Below the pieces are notes generated by a model. The model was given only the letters and a program-made list of their open reading frames with translations, searched no databases and had not been told where the DNA came from. A program made the position numbers and the translations under genes. 64,000 nucleotides of DNA from Octopus sinensis (taxonomy: Eukaryota), in NCBI RefSeq assembly GCF_006345805.1, contig NC_043010.1, positions 20,460,001 to 20,524,000 of the forward strand. The letters run 5' to 3'. This document shows, one piece after another, positions 1-11,682 of the stretch; position 1 is the stretch's first letter, and every line of letters begins with the position of its first letter.

Positions 1-352
1 CAACCATATGTGCGTGACATAGTGATCTCATATCAAGATAAACAGCACATGACCTTGCAGGTGGGGCCCAGTTAGAATTTTCTTCAGGTTGAGTAGCCCA
101 TCCCGCTCAAACGGTCCCTGAATAAGGGTTGTTTAAGGATGTTGAAAGAACCACCCATGTTTCCAGAGGTGAACTATTCAAACCCCAAAGAATCCCTCTC
201 AACACATGGCTATGATGCTCCCCCACTACTTCTGCTTGTGATCAGAGATGCACATATCGTCAGCCACTAAGGGACATGCTCAACTGGTTATGGTCAAACA
301 ACTGACAAGCAAATCTGTGGTATTGAGCAGAATATTTGCTGTAGCCCATCTT
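1..352 (-). mobile_element. Interspersed non-coding repeat associated with (TAA)n (probable LINE 3' UTR or non-autonomous retroposon); runs off window start
   Basis: Reverse complement of 23695-24050 with few mismatches; abuts (TTA)n at 353-390. Confidence 0.75.
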
Positions 353-356
353 TTTA

Positions 357-387
<31 letters not shown>

Positions 388-388
388 T

Positions 389-420
<32 letters not shown>

Positions 421-423
<3 letters not shown>

Positions 424-573
424 CAAGCTTCTTTCAGTTTCCATCTACCAAATCCACTCACAAGGCTTTGGTCAGCCTGAAGCTATAGTAGGATACACTT
501 GCACAAGGTACCGTGCAGTGGTACTGAACCGGGAACCAGGTGGTTGGTAAGCAAGCTACTTACCACACAGCCA
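421..573 (-). mobile_element. SINE family A (tRNA-derived, CORE-like), 5' half
   Basis: Reverse complement of the 5' half of the full copy at 18541-18987. Confidence 0.8.
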
Positions 574-577
574 CTAT

Positions 578-620
<43 letters not shown>

Positions 621-622
<2 letters not shown>

Positions 623-1550
623 CTTGTATATGGTGTGTTATGAGAATTTATGGAGAGGTATCCCATAGAACTCAACAAATTTGTTAAAAATGGAGAAGAG
701 AAGATGTTAAAATTTGCAAGAATTTTAATACATACATACAATCTTTTCAAACAGCGAAATTAACATGCAAATTCATGGTATATTTGATTAAATTATAATA
801 ATTACAAATCACTGTTCTCCTCAGTGCAAGAAGTATAAGCAAAAAATTATTATTACAGAGGACTTGATGAAGGGAATAGCAGAGAACAAATTTGGACATA
901 AATATTTATCCTTATGAAAATTGAGAGCATCATAAAGATAAATATGTATGTCTGAATTTGTTCTCTTCTATTTCTTTCATCATGTCCTCTGTAATAATAA
1001 TTTTTTGCTTATACTTCTTGCACTGAGAAGAGTGATATGTAATTAATTTAATTTAATCAAATTAATTTATTTATTCTACCATGATCCGCTGTTCTTGAGG
1101 AGACCTACTGAGTCAAGTACATCAACATCAAAATAAAAATTCAAAAGGAAATTGTAGTTAAGACACCCGTACCGGTGACACGTAAAAAGCACTGTTCGAA
1201 CATGGCAGATGCCAGCACCGCCTGACTGGCGTCCGTGTCGGTGACATGTAAAAGCACCAACCTATTGTGGCTGTTTGCCAGCCTGCTCTGGCCCCTGTGC
1301 CGGTGGCATGTAAAAAACACCTACTACACTCACGGAGTGGTTGGTGCTAGGAAGGGCATCCAGCTGTAGAAACACTGCCAAATCAGACTAGAACCTGGTG
1401 CAGCCTCCATGGCTTACCAGACCCCAGTAGAACTGTCCAACCCATGCTAGCATGGAAAACGGATGTTAAATGATGATGATGATGATGAATTTACATCTTA
1501 ATCTATGGGATACCTTTCTATAAATTCTCATAATACACCATATACAAGTA
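621..1550. mobile_element. Foldback/MITE-like long palindrome interrupted by an RTE 3' UTR insertion
   Basis: 621-669 is the reverse complement of 1502-1550 (3 mismatches); arms ~760-915 and ~930-1084 are also inverted; the right arm resumes at ~1488 after the insertion. Confidence 0.8.
1085..1487 (+). mobile_element. RTE LINE 3' UTR fragment with (GAT)n tail
   Basis: Matches the 3' UTR of the RTE copy at 8856-9455 (ggttggtgctaggaagggcatccagc; catgctagcatggaaaacggatgttaaatgatgatgat). Confidence 0.85.
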
Positions 1551-1704
1551 ACATTTTTACATTCGCAAACTTATGCCAGTAAGCTACCAACAAAATATGA
1601 AGAATCTTTATTAGAAATCCCGTTTTTGGAACCCCCCAAAGTAAAGGATGAAATATAATTCAACCTTTTTACACACATATATATATATATATATCTACTA
1701 CATT

Positions 1705-2090
1705 TGTGGCTGTGTGGTTACAAAGCTTGCTTCTTGCTGCAAAGCACCTTGGGCAAGTGTTTTCTATTGTAACACCAGGCCTTGGGTGTGGATTTGGTAG
1801 ATGGAAACTGAAAGAAGCCTATCACATACATATGTGTGTGTGTGCGTGTATGTATCTGAGTTTGTGTTTGGGTTGTTTGTTTCCCTACCCCTCCCACCAT
1901 CACTTGACAACTAGTGTTGGTTTCTTCACATCCTTATAACTTAGCAGTTTGACCAACGAAACTGATAGAATAAGTGCCAAACTTAACAGGAAAAAAAAAG
2001 ATGTACTGGGAGTTGATTTATTTGATTAAACTCTTTAAGGTGTTGCTGCAGCATAGCCACAGTCTAATAATGGAAACGAATGAGGAAATG
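1705..2090 (+). mobile_element. SINE family A, diverged copy
   Basis: gtggctgtgtggt head, ccttgggcaagtg CORE-like block, central (TG)n, 3' half similar to 18780-18987. Confidence 0.75.
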
Positions 2091-2482
2091 AAAACACCGT
2101 TTGCGTATTGACGAAAATCCCCATTCTGAGTTTCCTTCTGGGTTTTTCCAGAGGTCAACGACTCACTGTAACAAGCTCAGTTTCTATTGGACAGTTCGAG
2201 AGGACTCTTAACCCCCCCACCCCCCACAGAGCTGTCACTCATCAACATCAAGTTTCCATGCACTTGAATGTAAACAACTTCTATTCTCTCTATAATTGCT
2301 GGCTTCCTTCCAAATGTCAGTGATCTAGTCTTCCCACAGCATACAAGCTGTTAACTTTTGTATCGACATTACTAGTATAACTTCACCCATGTTTGCCCCA
2401 ATTATGCTAACATTATTATTGGTGTTGTTATTAATATATTAACAGCAACAACAACAGCAATAATAATGATGATAATAATGAA

Positions 2483-2517
<35 letters not shown>

Positions 2518-2539
2518 CAACAACGACAAGGTATGTGAT

Positions 2540-2773
2540 AAGGAAGAGAGAAAAGTTGGTAGATATGACAGGTTAGCTTGGGAGGTTCAGTAGCTGTGGT
2601 TGCTGAATAAGGCAGTGGTAGTAGTACCAATAATTGTCAGAGCCCTGGGTACAGTGAGTAAAAATCTTGAGAAGTACATGGAAAAAATAGGGGCTGCAAT
2701 AAGGGTGAAGCAGTTGCAGAAAGCAGCGCTGCTTGGAACTGCTTGACTACTCCAGATGGTGCTTGAAAAATAA
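2540..2773 (+). pseudogene. R4/Dong-like non-LTR retrotransposon, C-terminal RLE endonuclease relic
   Basis: Manual translation EERKVGRYDRLAWEVQ*LW..VVVVPIIVRALGTVSKNLEKYMEKIG..LQKAALLGTA*LLQMVLEK*; preceded by (TAA)n at 2460-2520. Confidence 0.8.
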
Positions 2774-2902
2774 GGGGTGTTACCTTAGATTACTGGTAGG
2801 GAACAGCACCATTAGAAGTAATGCAAAGACAATAAAATATTGGAAGCGTTATGATCTTAACTGATTTGAAGTGTGATCATGTACGTTGTTTTGTCTTGGT
2901 AT

Positions 2903-3135
2903 AAAATATGGGCTACAGTAAATATTCTGCTCAATGCCACAGATTTGCTTGTCAGTTGTTTGACCTTAACCAATTGAGCATGTCTCTTAGTGGCTGACAA
3001 TATGTGCATCTCTGATCACGAGCAGAAGTAGTGGGAGAGCATCATAGCCGCGTGTTGAGAGGGATTCTTTGGGGTTTGGATAAATCACCTCTGGAAACAT
3101 GGGTGTTTCATTCATCCTCCTTAAACAACCCTTAG
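2903..3135 (+). mobile_element. Partial copy of the (TAA)n-associated repeat at 23695-24155
   Basis: atgggctacagtaaatattctgctcaat...ttaaacaaccctta shared with 23700-23920. Confidence 0.75.
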
Positions 3136-3369
3136 GAGATGCAGTTTATAGGGTTAATATGGCACAAATACATCGTCAGACTATCAAATTATCATTGTAT
3201 TCTGTCACAACCCACCCTCGGAAATGGTCAACCTATGTGTGCACAAGCGATGGTAGGAGTTTAATGTATTAAACATCAGAGCTGAAACCTATGTGTTTTC
3301 ATTGTCATACATCAAACACATCCAATCATACCACTATATACGCATATATATATATATATATATATATTG

Positions 3370-3565
3370 GTTTCAAACTTTGATACAAGGCCAGGAATTT
3401 TGGGGATGGTGCTAGTCAATTATATTGACCCCCAATGTACAACTGATACTTAATTTACCAATTCCCGAAAGGATAAAAGGCAAAGTCGACCTCAGCAGAA
3501 TTTGAACCCAGAATGTGCCTATAAACATTCTGCCTGGTGTGCTAACGATTCTGCCAGCTCACCTT
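3370..3565 (-). mobile_element. SINE family C (tRNA-derived, Nin-domain-like)
   Basis: Reverse complement of 42786-43005, including gtcgactttgccttt-atcctttcggg. Confidence 0.75.
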
Positions 3566-3589
3566 ATATATATATTTATATATTTATAT

Positions 3590-4122
3590 ATGGAACTAGA
3601 AGTAGTCCAATGCCACTTCACAAAGAAGACAGACTCAGTAAAACACATGGGCTACTGGGAGAGATTGAAGGAACTAGGACCTACTCCCTGGAGAGGATAC
3701 ATGAGGGATATACAGTGCTATACATGTGGCAAATAATGGAGGATCTGGCTCCAAATTTGGGAATTGCAATCTACAACAATCCCTGAACTGGACGGCACTG
3801 CAAGTACCAAAGGTCCCATCTTCTCCATCGAGGATACGAACCCAATATTGTAATAGCTTGGGATTCCACTTTTTAATGCCCTATCACAGAACATCAGGGA
3901 TCTGCAAGGTGTAGACATGGGAGACTTCAAAAAACGTCTGGAGAGCTTTTTATCTGCAATTCCAGATGAACCCACATTGCAGCAGGAGGCACAAAGAAGA
4001 GCGGCAATGTCCAACTTGCTACTTCACCAGAAGCAATACTGGAAAGATCCCCAGACACAGTAAAGACAGTGCACCACCATGGCATCAGCCTCTGGCTGAA
4101 ACCCATAAAAGATTAATGATAA
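3590..4122 (+). pseudogene. CR1-clade LINE ORF2 C-terminal relic
   Basis: ELEVVQCHFTKK..YWERLKELG/YSLERIHEGY..FNALSQNIRDL..FKKRLESFLSAIPDEP across frameshifts resembles the CR1 C-terminal motif. Confidence 0.75.
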
Positions 4123-4123
4123 A

Positions 4124-4312
4124 GATATATATATATATATATATATATAATATTTATATATATATATATATATCTGTAAAAATATATATATATATGTATA
4201 TATATAAACACATATATATTTATATATAATACATAAATTAGAGAAGAACGACTATTTCTCTGTCAGTTTGGAATCATATTCCCTAATATTATTATTATTA
4301 TATACATGTATA

Positions 4313-4388
<76 letters not shown>

Positions 4389-4398
4389 GTATGTATGT

Positions 4399-4443
<45 letters not shown>

Positions 4444-4446
4444 CAT

Positions 4447-4528
<82 letters not shown>

Positions 4529-4535
4529 ATATATG
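4124..4535. repeat. (TA)n/(CA)n compound microsatellite
   Basis: Direct inspection. Confidence 0.95.
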
Positions 4536-4874
4536 AAGTCACAGTTAATGATGTCATGTAATAGGTATGTATGATAAGTGCTTAGGCTGGTTTACCACCA
4601 AAACTCTGATTATGTTTGAATTATAAATTACATGCAGTAAAGTGATACCACATGTTTGGCTTGTTCTATATTTTTTTTCTAATATATACATAACTACTCA
4701 ATGGTGAATCACTTATAGTCATTGTGTGTGTGTGTGTGTGTATGTGTGTGTGTGTGTGTGTAAGTATACATATATGTGTGTGTGTATATATATATACATA
4801 CATATATGTATATATATACATATATGTGTGTGTGTGTTGGTTTCCTTGAAGATAGAAAACATTTCTTTTTCTTA

Positions 4875-5182
4875 GTGGCTTAGTGGTTAGGGCATTCTGT
4901 TTATGATTGTAAGGTCATAAGTTCAATTCCCTGTGATGCGTTGTATCCTCGAGCAAGACACTTTATTTCACATAACTCCACTCCACTCAGCTGACAAAAA
5001 TGAGTAGTACCTGTATTTCAAAGGGTTATTCTTGTCACATTAAGTCATGCTGAATCTCCCTAAGGTAAGGGTACGCATGTCTGTCGAGCGCTCAGCCACT
5101 TGCACGTTAGCTCCAAGAGCAGGCTGTTCCATTGATTGGATCAACTGGAACCCTCAACGTTGTAACCGACAAAGTGCCAGTT
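4875..5182 (+). mobile_element. SINE family B (tRNA-derived)
   Basis: A box tggcttagtggtta, B box agttcaattcc; body shared with 15840-16120 and the reverse complement of 13535-13860. Confidence 0.75.
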
Positions 5183-5578
5183 TAATGTTTTTTAAAAATT
5201 CTTTACAAGACATTTTTATTGTTGTTTATAAATGTTTCCCAGTTGCACATGACCCCTAACTTATGCAACCAGTAGAAAAGCATTATAAAATTCATATTCT
5301 TGATAAATATAATCTATGTCAGATTGTTTTGGGGTACCATGTCCAAAATACAGCTATTATTTCTTTCGTTTTCTGATTAGAAGTGATAGTTTTTATATCG
5401 GCCAATTGAGAACATAATAACAATAAGTTTGTGTTCTAAGAAGCTTGCTTCCCAACCTCATGGTTCCAAGTTCAGTCCCACCCCCGTGGCACCTTGGGCA
5501 AGTGTCTTCTACTAAAGCCTAGGGCTAACCAAAGCCTTGTGAGTGGATTTAGTAGATGGAAACTGAAAAAAGCCTGTT

Positions 5579-6175
5579 CACCGAGGCAATGACCAGTGAC
5601 CGAGAATTTTTTGGAAGTATGCTGTGCTTGAGAAGACCCGGCAAGCCAAGTGAGACTATAACCTTGTGGCCTACGCCAGGGGTGTAATCAGTCCACTTAT
5701 GCATACCATCCCATCACTGGACACTGCTTGCGAAGACATGTTGTGGCAAGTGAAATTGGAATCGAAATTAAATTCGATGACCGGCATCTGTGCTAATGGA
5801 GCACTAAGAGCACCATCTGAGCGTGATTGTTGCCAGAGCGGCTAACTGGCATTCGTGCTAATGGCACGTAAAAAGCTCCATGTGATCATTACCAGTGTCG
5901 CCTGACTGGATCTTGTGCCGGTGTGCAGGTGAAACGTAAAAAAAAACATGATTTTTCCGTGACTGTTGCCAGTACCGCCTGACTGGCCCTCGTGCTGGTG
6001 GCACGTAAAAGCACCCATTACACTATCAGAGTGGTTGGCATTAGGAAGGGCATCCAGCCGTAGAAACTCTGTCAAATCAAGACTGGAGCCTGGTGCAGCC
6101 ATCTGGTTTGCCAGTCCTCAGTCAAATCATTCAACCCATGCCAGCATGGAAAGCGGCCATTAAACGATAAACGAT
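5579..6175 (+). mobile_element. RTE LINE 3' end (last codons of ORF plus 3' UTR)
   Basis: TEAMTSDR..YAVLEKTRQAK* is homologous to TEEMTRDR..CAVREKTRQDK of ORF 9456-10133; UTR ends catggaaagcggccattaaacgat. Confidence 0.85.
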
Positions 6176-6266
6176 ATATATCTCTTATTATAAAATATAT
6201 ATATAAAATTAACAGAATGAGATAAAAATCCAATATACATAATACATATATATATATATTTATATA

Positions 6267-6449
6267 TGTGACCTCATGTGTACTGTTGGCGATTTTTTTT
6301 CCTCTGTCTTCCCTTCTCTGGATCTTTCCTTCTCCTATGTTTCCGACGAAGAGCTCCGCTCGAAACGTTAAACCCTCCTTCTTTCCTGAGCGTCCAATAA
6401 TACTATATTTGTTCCACGTCCTCGCGTTGTTGTGTTTTATTGTTTGGAT

Positions 6450-6453
<4 letters not shown>
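6267..6453 (+). mobile_element. Penelope-like terminal-repeat fragment carrying a minimal hammerhead motif
   Basis: Bounded by (TA)n; contains the HHR at 6339-6373; 3' part resembles 63137-63215. Confidence 0.55.
6339..6373 (+). ncRNA. Minimal type I hammerhead ribozyme motif (U4C variant)
   Basis: GUUU CCGACGA A GAGC-UCC-GCUC GAAA CG UU AAAC: stem I GUUU/AAAC, stem II GAGC/GCUC, palindromic AACGUU in place of stem III. Confidence 0.65.
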
Positions 6454-6488
<35 letters not shown>

Positions 6489-6563
6489 TGAAGCTTTACA
6501 GTAGCATTGCATATTATTGACTGATATTTCCAGTAAATATTGTTGCACTGTCCTATATATATA

Positions 6564-6595
<32 letters not shown>

Positions 6596-6597
6596 AT

Positions 6598-7152
6598 ATT
6601 GGGCTGTCCAGAAAGTTCGTGCCAATTTATAGTAGCTTACCTTTAGACTTATCTTAGAATATGGTTTAGTCCATAAAACAGGATTTGACTACACCTCCAT
6701 TTAGAGCACAGTTTAAGCTATCATTTCGTGGAAGAAGGTTTATGTTCCTATAATCTGTGTTAATTTTGTAACCCTTTAAAATGGAAGATAAGAAAGTTCA
6801 TTTTCGGCACTTGAGGCTTTGGGAACCAGACAAAAATTGCTGCAGCTCGGCTGGGATGTGTTACCCAAACCCGCCATATTCACCAGATGTTGCTCCTTCA
6901 GATTTCCACTTATTCAGGTCTCTGCAGAATAGTATTAATGGTAAAAATTTCAATTCCTTGGATGACGTAAAAAGATACTGTGATGAATTCTTTGCCATGA
7001 AACCACCTCAATTCTGGGAAGAGGGTATTTTCAAGTTAAAGGAAAGATGGAGACACATTGTACAACAGAATGGTTCATATTTGGTTGATTAAAAATGTAA
7101 TGGCAAGTATTTATTGACCTTTTTCTTTCCTTTAAAAATCAGCACAAACCCT
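6598..7152 (+). mobile_element. Internally deleted mariner transposon
   Basis: ORF 6781-7092 fuses an N-terminus MEDKKVHFRHL to PPYSPDVAPSDFHLFRSLQN..KLKERWRHIVQQNGSYLVD (mariner YSPDLAPSD motif); left TIR ttgggctgtccagaaagttcgtgccaattt, partial right TIR aaatcagcacaaac; sits in (TA)n. Confidence 0.85.
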
Positions 7153-7793
7153 ATATATATATATATATATATATACACATAAGTATGTATGTATGTGTTT
7201 GAACCCCCAACATCACTTGATAACTGATGCTGGTGTGTTTACTTCCCTGTAACCTAGCAGTTCACCATAAGAGAGCGATAGAATAAGTACTAGGCTTACA
7301 AAGAATAAGTCCTAGAGTCGATTTGTTTGACTAAAGATAATGCTCCAGCATGGCTGCAGTCAAATGACTGAAACAAGTGAAAGAATAAAAAAATAGGCAC
7401 ATCTAGAGTATTGATGCTTATTAATTTGTTTTTTTCGTATTTAGCCCAGTTTTAAGTGTTATTCTGATGCATCTGTAACGTTACTTGTTGATCTTCCCTT
7501 TCATTTGTGTGTGTTGTACTCTGTCTAGTTCATCGATTCCGATGTATTTGTAAGTTGGTGTTTGTTGTAATTCTCTTATCCCATTCGTTATCTAATTGAT
7601 ATTAGTGATCTTAATTAATTTTCCTCTCTTCAAGGTTGCGTTGGCACACTTTCTTTTTCTATGATTAAAAAAAAATGTCAGAAATGGCTATTATGACCAC
7701 CACCACCACCGCTACCGCTGCAACCACCACCACCACTACTGCCACTGCTGCCTCCTCCACCACCACCATTAACACCACCACCTGCATATTTGA

Positions 7794-7876
7794 AGCTCTG
7801 ATGCAGCTATAGGGGAGGATGCTCAAGCATTCAACTATGAGTGCGTTGCATCACATTGCAGAAACAGCTGTAAGCT
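7794..7876 (+). ncRNA. Degenerate minimal hammerhead motif
   Basis: AGCU CUGAUGC..UUGCA GAAA CAGCUG UA AGCU: stem I AGCU/AGCU, palindromic ACAGCUGU; core appears to have lost one UGA. Confidence 0.4.
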
Positions 7877-7986
7877 AATGCAGTGCCTGACATAATTATT
7901 TCTTCCTGTTATTCACATTTCTTGACTACACACGCATGCACACACACACACACACACACACATTTGCACACACACACACAGGCCTC

Positions 7987-8039
<53 letters not shown>

Positions 8040-8855
8040 TATACGAAATCCTGTTTATACGCTGCTGCTGCCGCTGCAACTGCTAATGTTGTAGGATAAA
8101 TATGTAGCATGACGATAAATAATCAGAACTAGGTGAACAAAAGCCATAAAACTATTCTACACCACCATTACCATCGATGTGTGTGTGTGTGTGTGTGTCT
8201 GTGTGTGTGTCATGGCTCACATACTTATAGCAACGACCATTATTGACCAATGCTGGTATGCTTTTGTGAGTGTTCACATAAAAATGTCTGCACTCAAGCA
8301 CACACACATACACACACACATGCGTGTGCACACACACATGCGTGTGCACACACACACACACACAAATAGTCACAAAGCATAAACAGTGGTTTCAACACAA
8401 TCTCACCTATGAAAGATGGAGTGTATTGAGCAATATTTCCTACATACCTATGCATGCATGTATGTGTGTAAGTATTGGTCGTTTTGACTGCTTCTTCTAG
8501 CATGTAAAAATTACCTGTTAAAGGTAGTTTTCTCTTGTGTTTAAATGTACACTATTTTAAGTTGAGAATATGTTCTCTATTGACTTTTTATACATGCTAG
8601 GCCACAAGTGGTGAAATATCTAAGAATATTCGCTACCCTATATATATATCTTACGAATATATATATAGATAGATATAGGCATAGGAGTGGCTGTGTGGTA
8701 AGTAGCTTGCTTACCAACCACATGATTCCAGGTTCAGTCCCACTGCGTGACACCTTGGGCAGGTATCTTCTACTATAGCCTTGGGCCGACCAAAGCCTTG
8801 TGAGTGGATTTGATAGATGGAAACTGAAAAAAGCCCGTCATGTATATATATATAT

Positions 8856-11480
8856 CATCATCATCATTTAGCGTCCGTTTTCCATGCTAGCATGGGTTGG
8901 ACGGTTCTACTGGGGTCTGTGAAGCCAGAAGGCTTCATCAGGCCCAGTCAAATCTGGCAGTGTTTCTACGGCTGGATGCCCTTCCTAACGCCAACCACTC
9001 CGTGAGTGTAGTGGGTGCTTTTTACGTGCCACCCGCACTGGTGCCAGACAGAGCTGGCAAACGGCCACGAACGGATGGTGCTTTTTATGTGCCACCGGCA
9101 CGAGGGCCAGGCGAGGCTGGCAACGGACACGAAACGGGGCTGTGCTGGCAACGGTCGCGAAACGGAAAGTTCTCTTACATGCCACCGGCACTGGTAACAC
9201 ATCTGCAATTTCCATTGATCGATTTCATTGATCGATTTCGATTCTGATCCTCACTTGCCTCAATGGGTCTTCACAAGCAGAGTTTCGACATGCCACCGGC
9301 ACTGATAGCACATCCGCAATTTCCATTGATCGATTTCGATTCTGATCCTCACTTGCCTCAACACGTCTTCACAAGTAGAGTTTTGTGTCCCAAGAAGGGA
9401 AGGTATGCATACGTAGGCTGGCTCCATCCCATGTAGAAGGCCACGGGTTGTGGACTCACTTGTCCTGCCGGGTCTTCTCGCGCACAGCACACTTCCAGAG
9501 GTCTCGGTCTCTAGTCATTTCCTCAGTGAGACCTAAAGTTCGAAGGTCGTGCTTCACCACCTCGTCCCAGGTTTTCCTGGGTCTGCCTCTTCCACAGGTT
9601 CCCTCAACCGCTAGGGTGTGGCACTTTTTCACACAACTATCTTCATCCATTCTCGCCACATGACCATACCAGCGCAAACGTCTCTCTTGCACACCACAAC
9701 TGATGCTTCTTAGGTCCAGCTTTTCTCTCAAGGTACTTACACTCTGCCGTGTGTGAGTACCGGCATTACACATCCATCGGAGCATACTGGCTTCATTTCT
9801 AGCGAGCTTACGCATATCCTCAGCAGTCACGGCCCATGTTTCACTGCCATGTAGCATGGCTGTTCGTACACACGCATCATACAGTCTGCCTTTCACTCTG
9901 TGCGAGAGGCCTTTTGTCACCAGCAGAGGTAAGAGCTCTCTGAACTTTGCCCAAGCTATTCTTACTCTAGCAGTTACACTTTCAGCACACCCACCCCCGC
10001 TGCTGACTTGGTCACCTAGGTAACGGAAACTATCAACTATTTCTAGTGTTTCTCCCTGGAAAGTGACGGAAGTTGGTCTCAGAGCATTTTCAGTGTTTAT
10101 TGTTCCTGAGCATCTGCCACATACAAAAACCATCTTCCTAGTTAGCCTTCCTTTGACATTGCTGCATCTCTTATGTGTCCATAGCTTACACTTGGTGCAT
10201 CTTATAGAGTTTCTACCTACACCTTTTCTACAGATCGAGCAGGGCCATCTACCTGAAGGTGTTGTGGATTTGTCTACCTTCCTACTGATTACGACTTGGT
10301 TTTAGCTAGATTGACTCTGAGGCCCTTCGATTCTAATCCTTGTTTCCACACCTGAAACTTCTCCTCCAGTTCTGATAGCGACTCAGCAATTAGAGCAAGG
10401 TCATCAGCATAGAGGAGCTCCAAGGGCATCCTGTCTTGAATTCCTCCGTTATTGCCTGGAGGACTATGATAAATAGGAGGGGGCTGAGTACTGAGCCTTG
10501 GTGGACCCCTACCTCTACCCGGAATTCTTCACTGTACTCATTTCCAACCCTCACCCTACTAGCGGCGTCCCTATACATGGCCTGCACAGCTCTCACTAAC
10601 CATTCATCTATCCCTAGTTTCCTCATTGCCCACCAGATAAGGGATCGGGGGACCCTGTCGAAGGCTTTCTCCATGTCAACAAAAGCCAGGTACAGGGGCT
10701 TATCTTTGGCTAGGTATTTCTCCTGCAGCTGCCTTACCAGGAATATAGCATCAGTAGTACTTTTCCCTGGCACAAACCAAACTGCATCCCATCTAAACTA
10801 ACTCTCTCTCTAATTAGTTGGGCTATGACCCTCTCCGTAACCTTCATCACCTGGTCCAACAGCTTGATACCTCTGTAGTTATTTGTATCTAGGGCATCAC
10901 CTTTACCTTTGTAGCAGTTGACTATTATACTGCTACACCAGTCATTGGGTATGACCCCTTTGTGTATCACCTGATTAACTATATGGGTGACTAGGCTATA
11001 GCCGACACTACCAGACATTTTGAGCATCTCTGCAGTGATTCCTGATGGGCCTGGGGCTTTCCCTGTCTTCATGCTTCTAATTGCCTTAGCTACCACAGAA
11101 CTATCAACTCGGATAGCTGGTCCCTCTGTTGGGTCAACATTCGGCAGACTCTCTTTATCCCATTCATTTTCTTCATTCAGCAACCTTTCATAGTGGCATC
11201 TCCAAACCTCTCTCTTCGCATCCTCATTTAGCGCAAGTGAACCATCTTCCATGCGAACACACTTCTCTCCTACCACATCACGATTCTCTCTCAAACACTG
11301 TCTTGCAACACGAAACACCTCCAGTCTTTGGTCCTCACGGCGCAGAACATTGGCAAATTTTTTCTTATCTGCTTCCCCTCTGGCTAAATAAACCTGTCTC
11401 CTAGCTTCTCTTTTGGCAGTCTGATACAATTCCCTGCTACCCCCATTTTTCCAGACCTTCCAAGCCTGTCTCTTTTCTCT
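8856..11480 (-). mobile_element. 5'-truncated RTE-clade non-LTR retrotransposon (young copy with a few frameshifts)
   Basis: ORF segments 10734-11429, 10390-10773 and 9456-10133 give KAPGPSG, NYRGIKLL, FVDMEKAFDRV, GVHQGSVLSPLLF, ELLYADD (10391-10420, shifted frame), FRYLG, RLRWYGHV, GRGRPRKTW; 3' UTR 8856-9455 ends in (TGA)n. Confidence 0.95.
9456..11460 (-). pseudogene. RTE ORF2 reverse transcriptase (frameshifted; endonuclease missing) with an internal PHD-type finger at 10110-10241
   Basis: RT motifs as listed for the element; CSIC..CTKC.LWTH.RC..CGRC lies between GLRVNLAKTK and FRYLG. Confidence 0.9.
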
Positions 11481-11504
11481 AATAACCCTTTTCTCTAATA
11501 GCTC

Positions 11505-11506
11505 TA

Positions 11507-11538
<32 letters not shown>

Positions 11539-11549
11539 TATATATATAT

Positions 11550-11623
<74 letters not shown>

Positions 11624-11682
11624 CACATATATATATATACATATATATATACATATATATACATATATGTGTGTGTGTGTGT
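11505..11682. repeat. (TA)n/(TG)n microsatellite
   Basis: Direct inspection. Confidence 0.95.

Larger units (their letters stand above)
5440..7392 (+). mobile_element. SINE family A split by nested insertions (5' half 5440-5578, 3' half ~7195-7392)
   Basis: The two halves are collinear with the intact copy 18541-18987; the intervening DNA is an RTE fragment, an HHR repeat and a mariner derivative. Confidence 0.7.

Noticed and set aside
4252-4561. YI/HT/CV-rich ORFs here and at 34270-35010, 35966-36402, 51638-52057, 58987-59805 and elsewhere
   Set aside because: Translations of (TA)n/(CA)n microsatellites, which lack stop codons
4568-4615. Possible decayed hammerhead in a TA-flanked island
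   Set aside because: Neither core box is intact
6781-7092. SETMAR-like host gene
   Set aside because: No SET domain; an internally deleted mariner between TIR remnants
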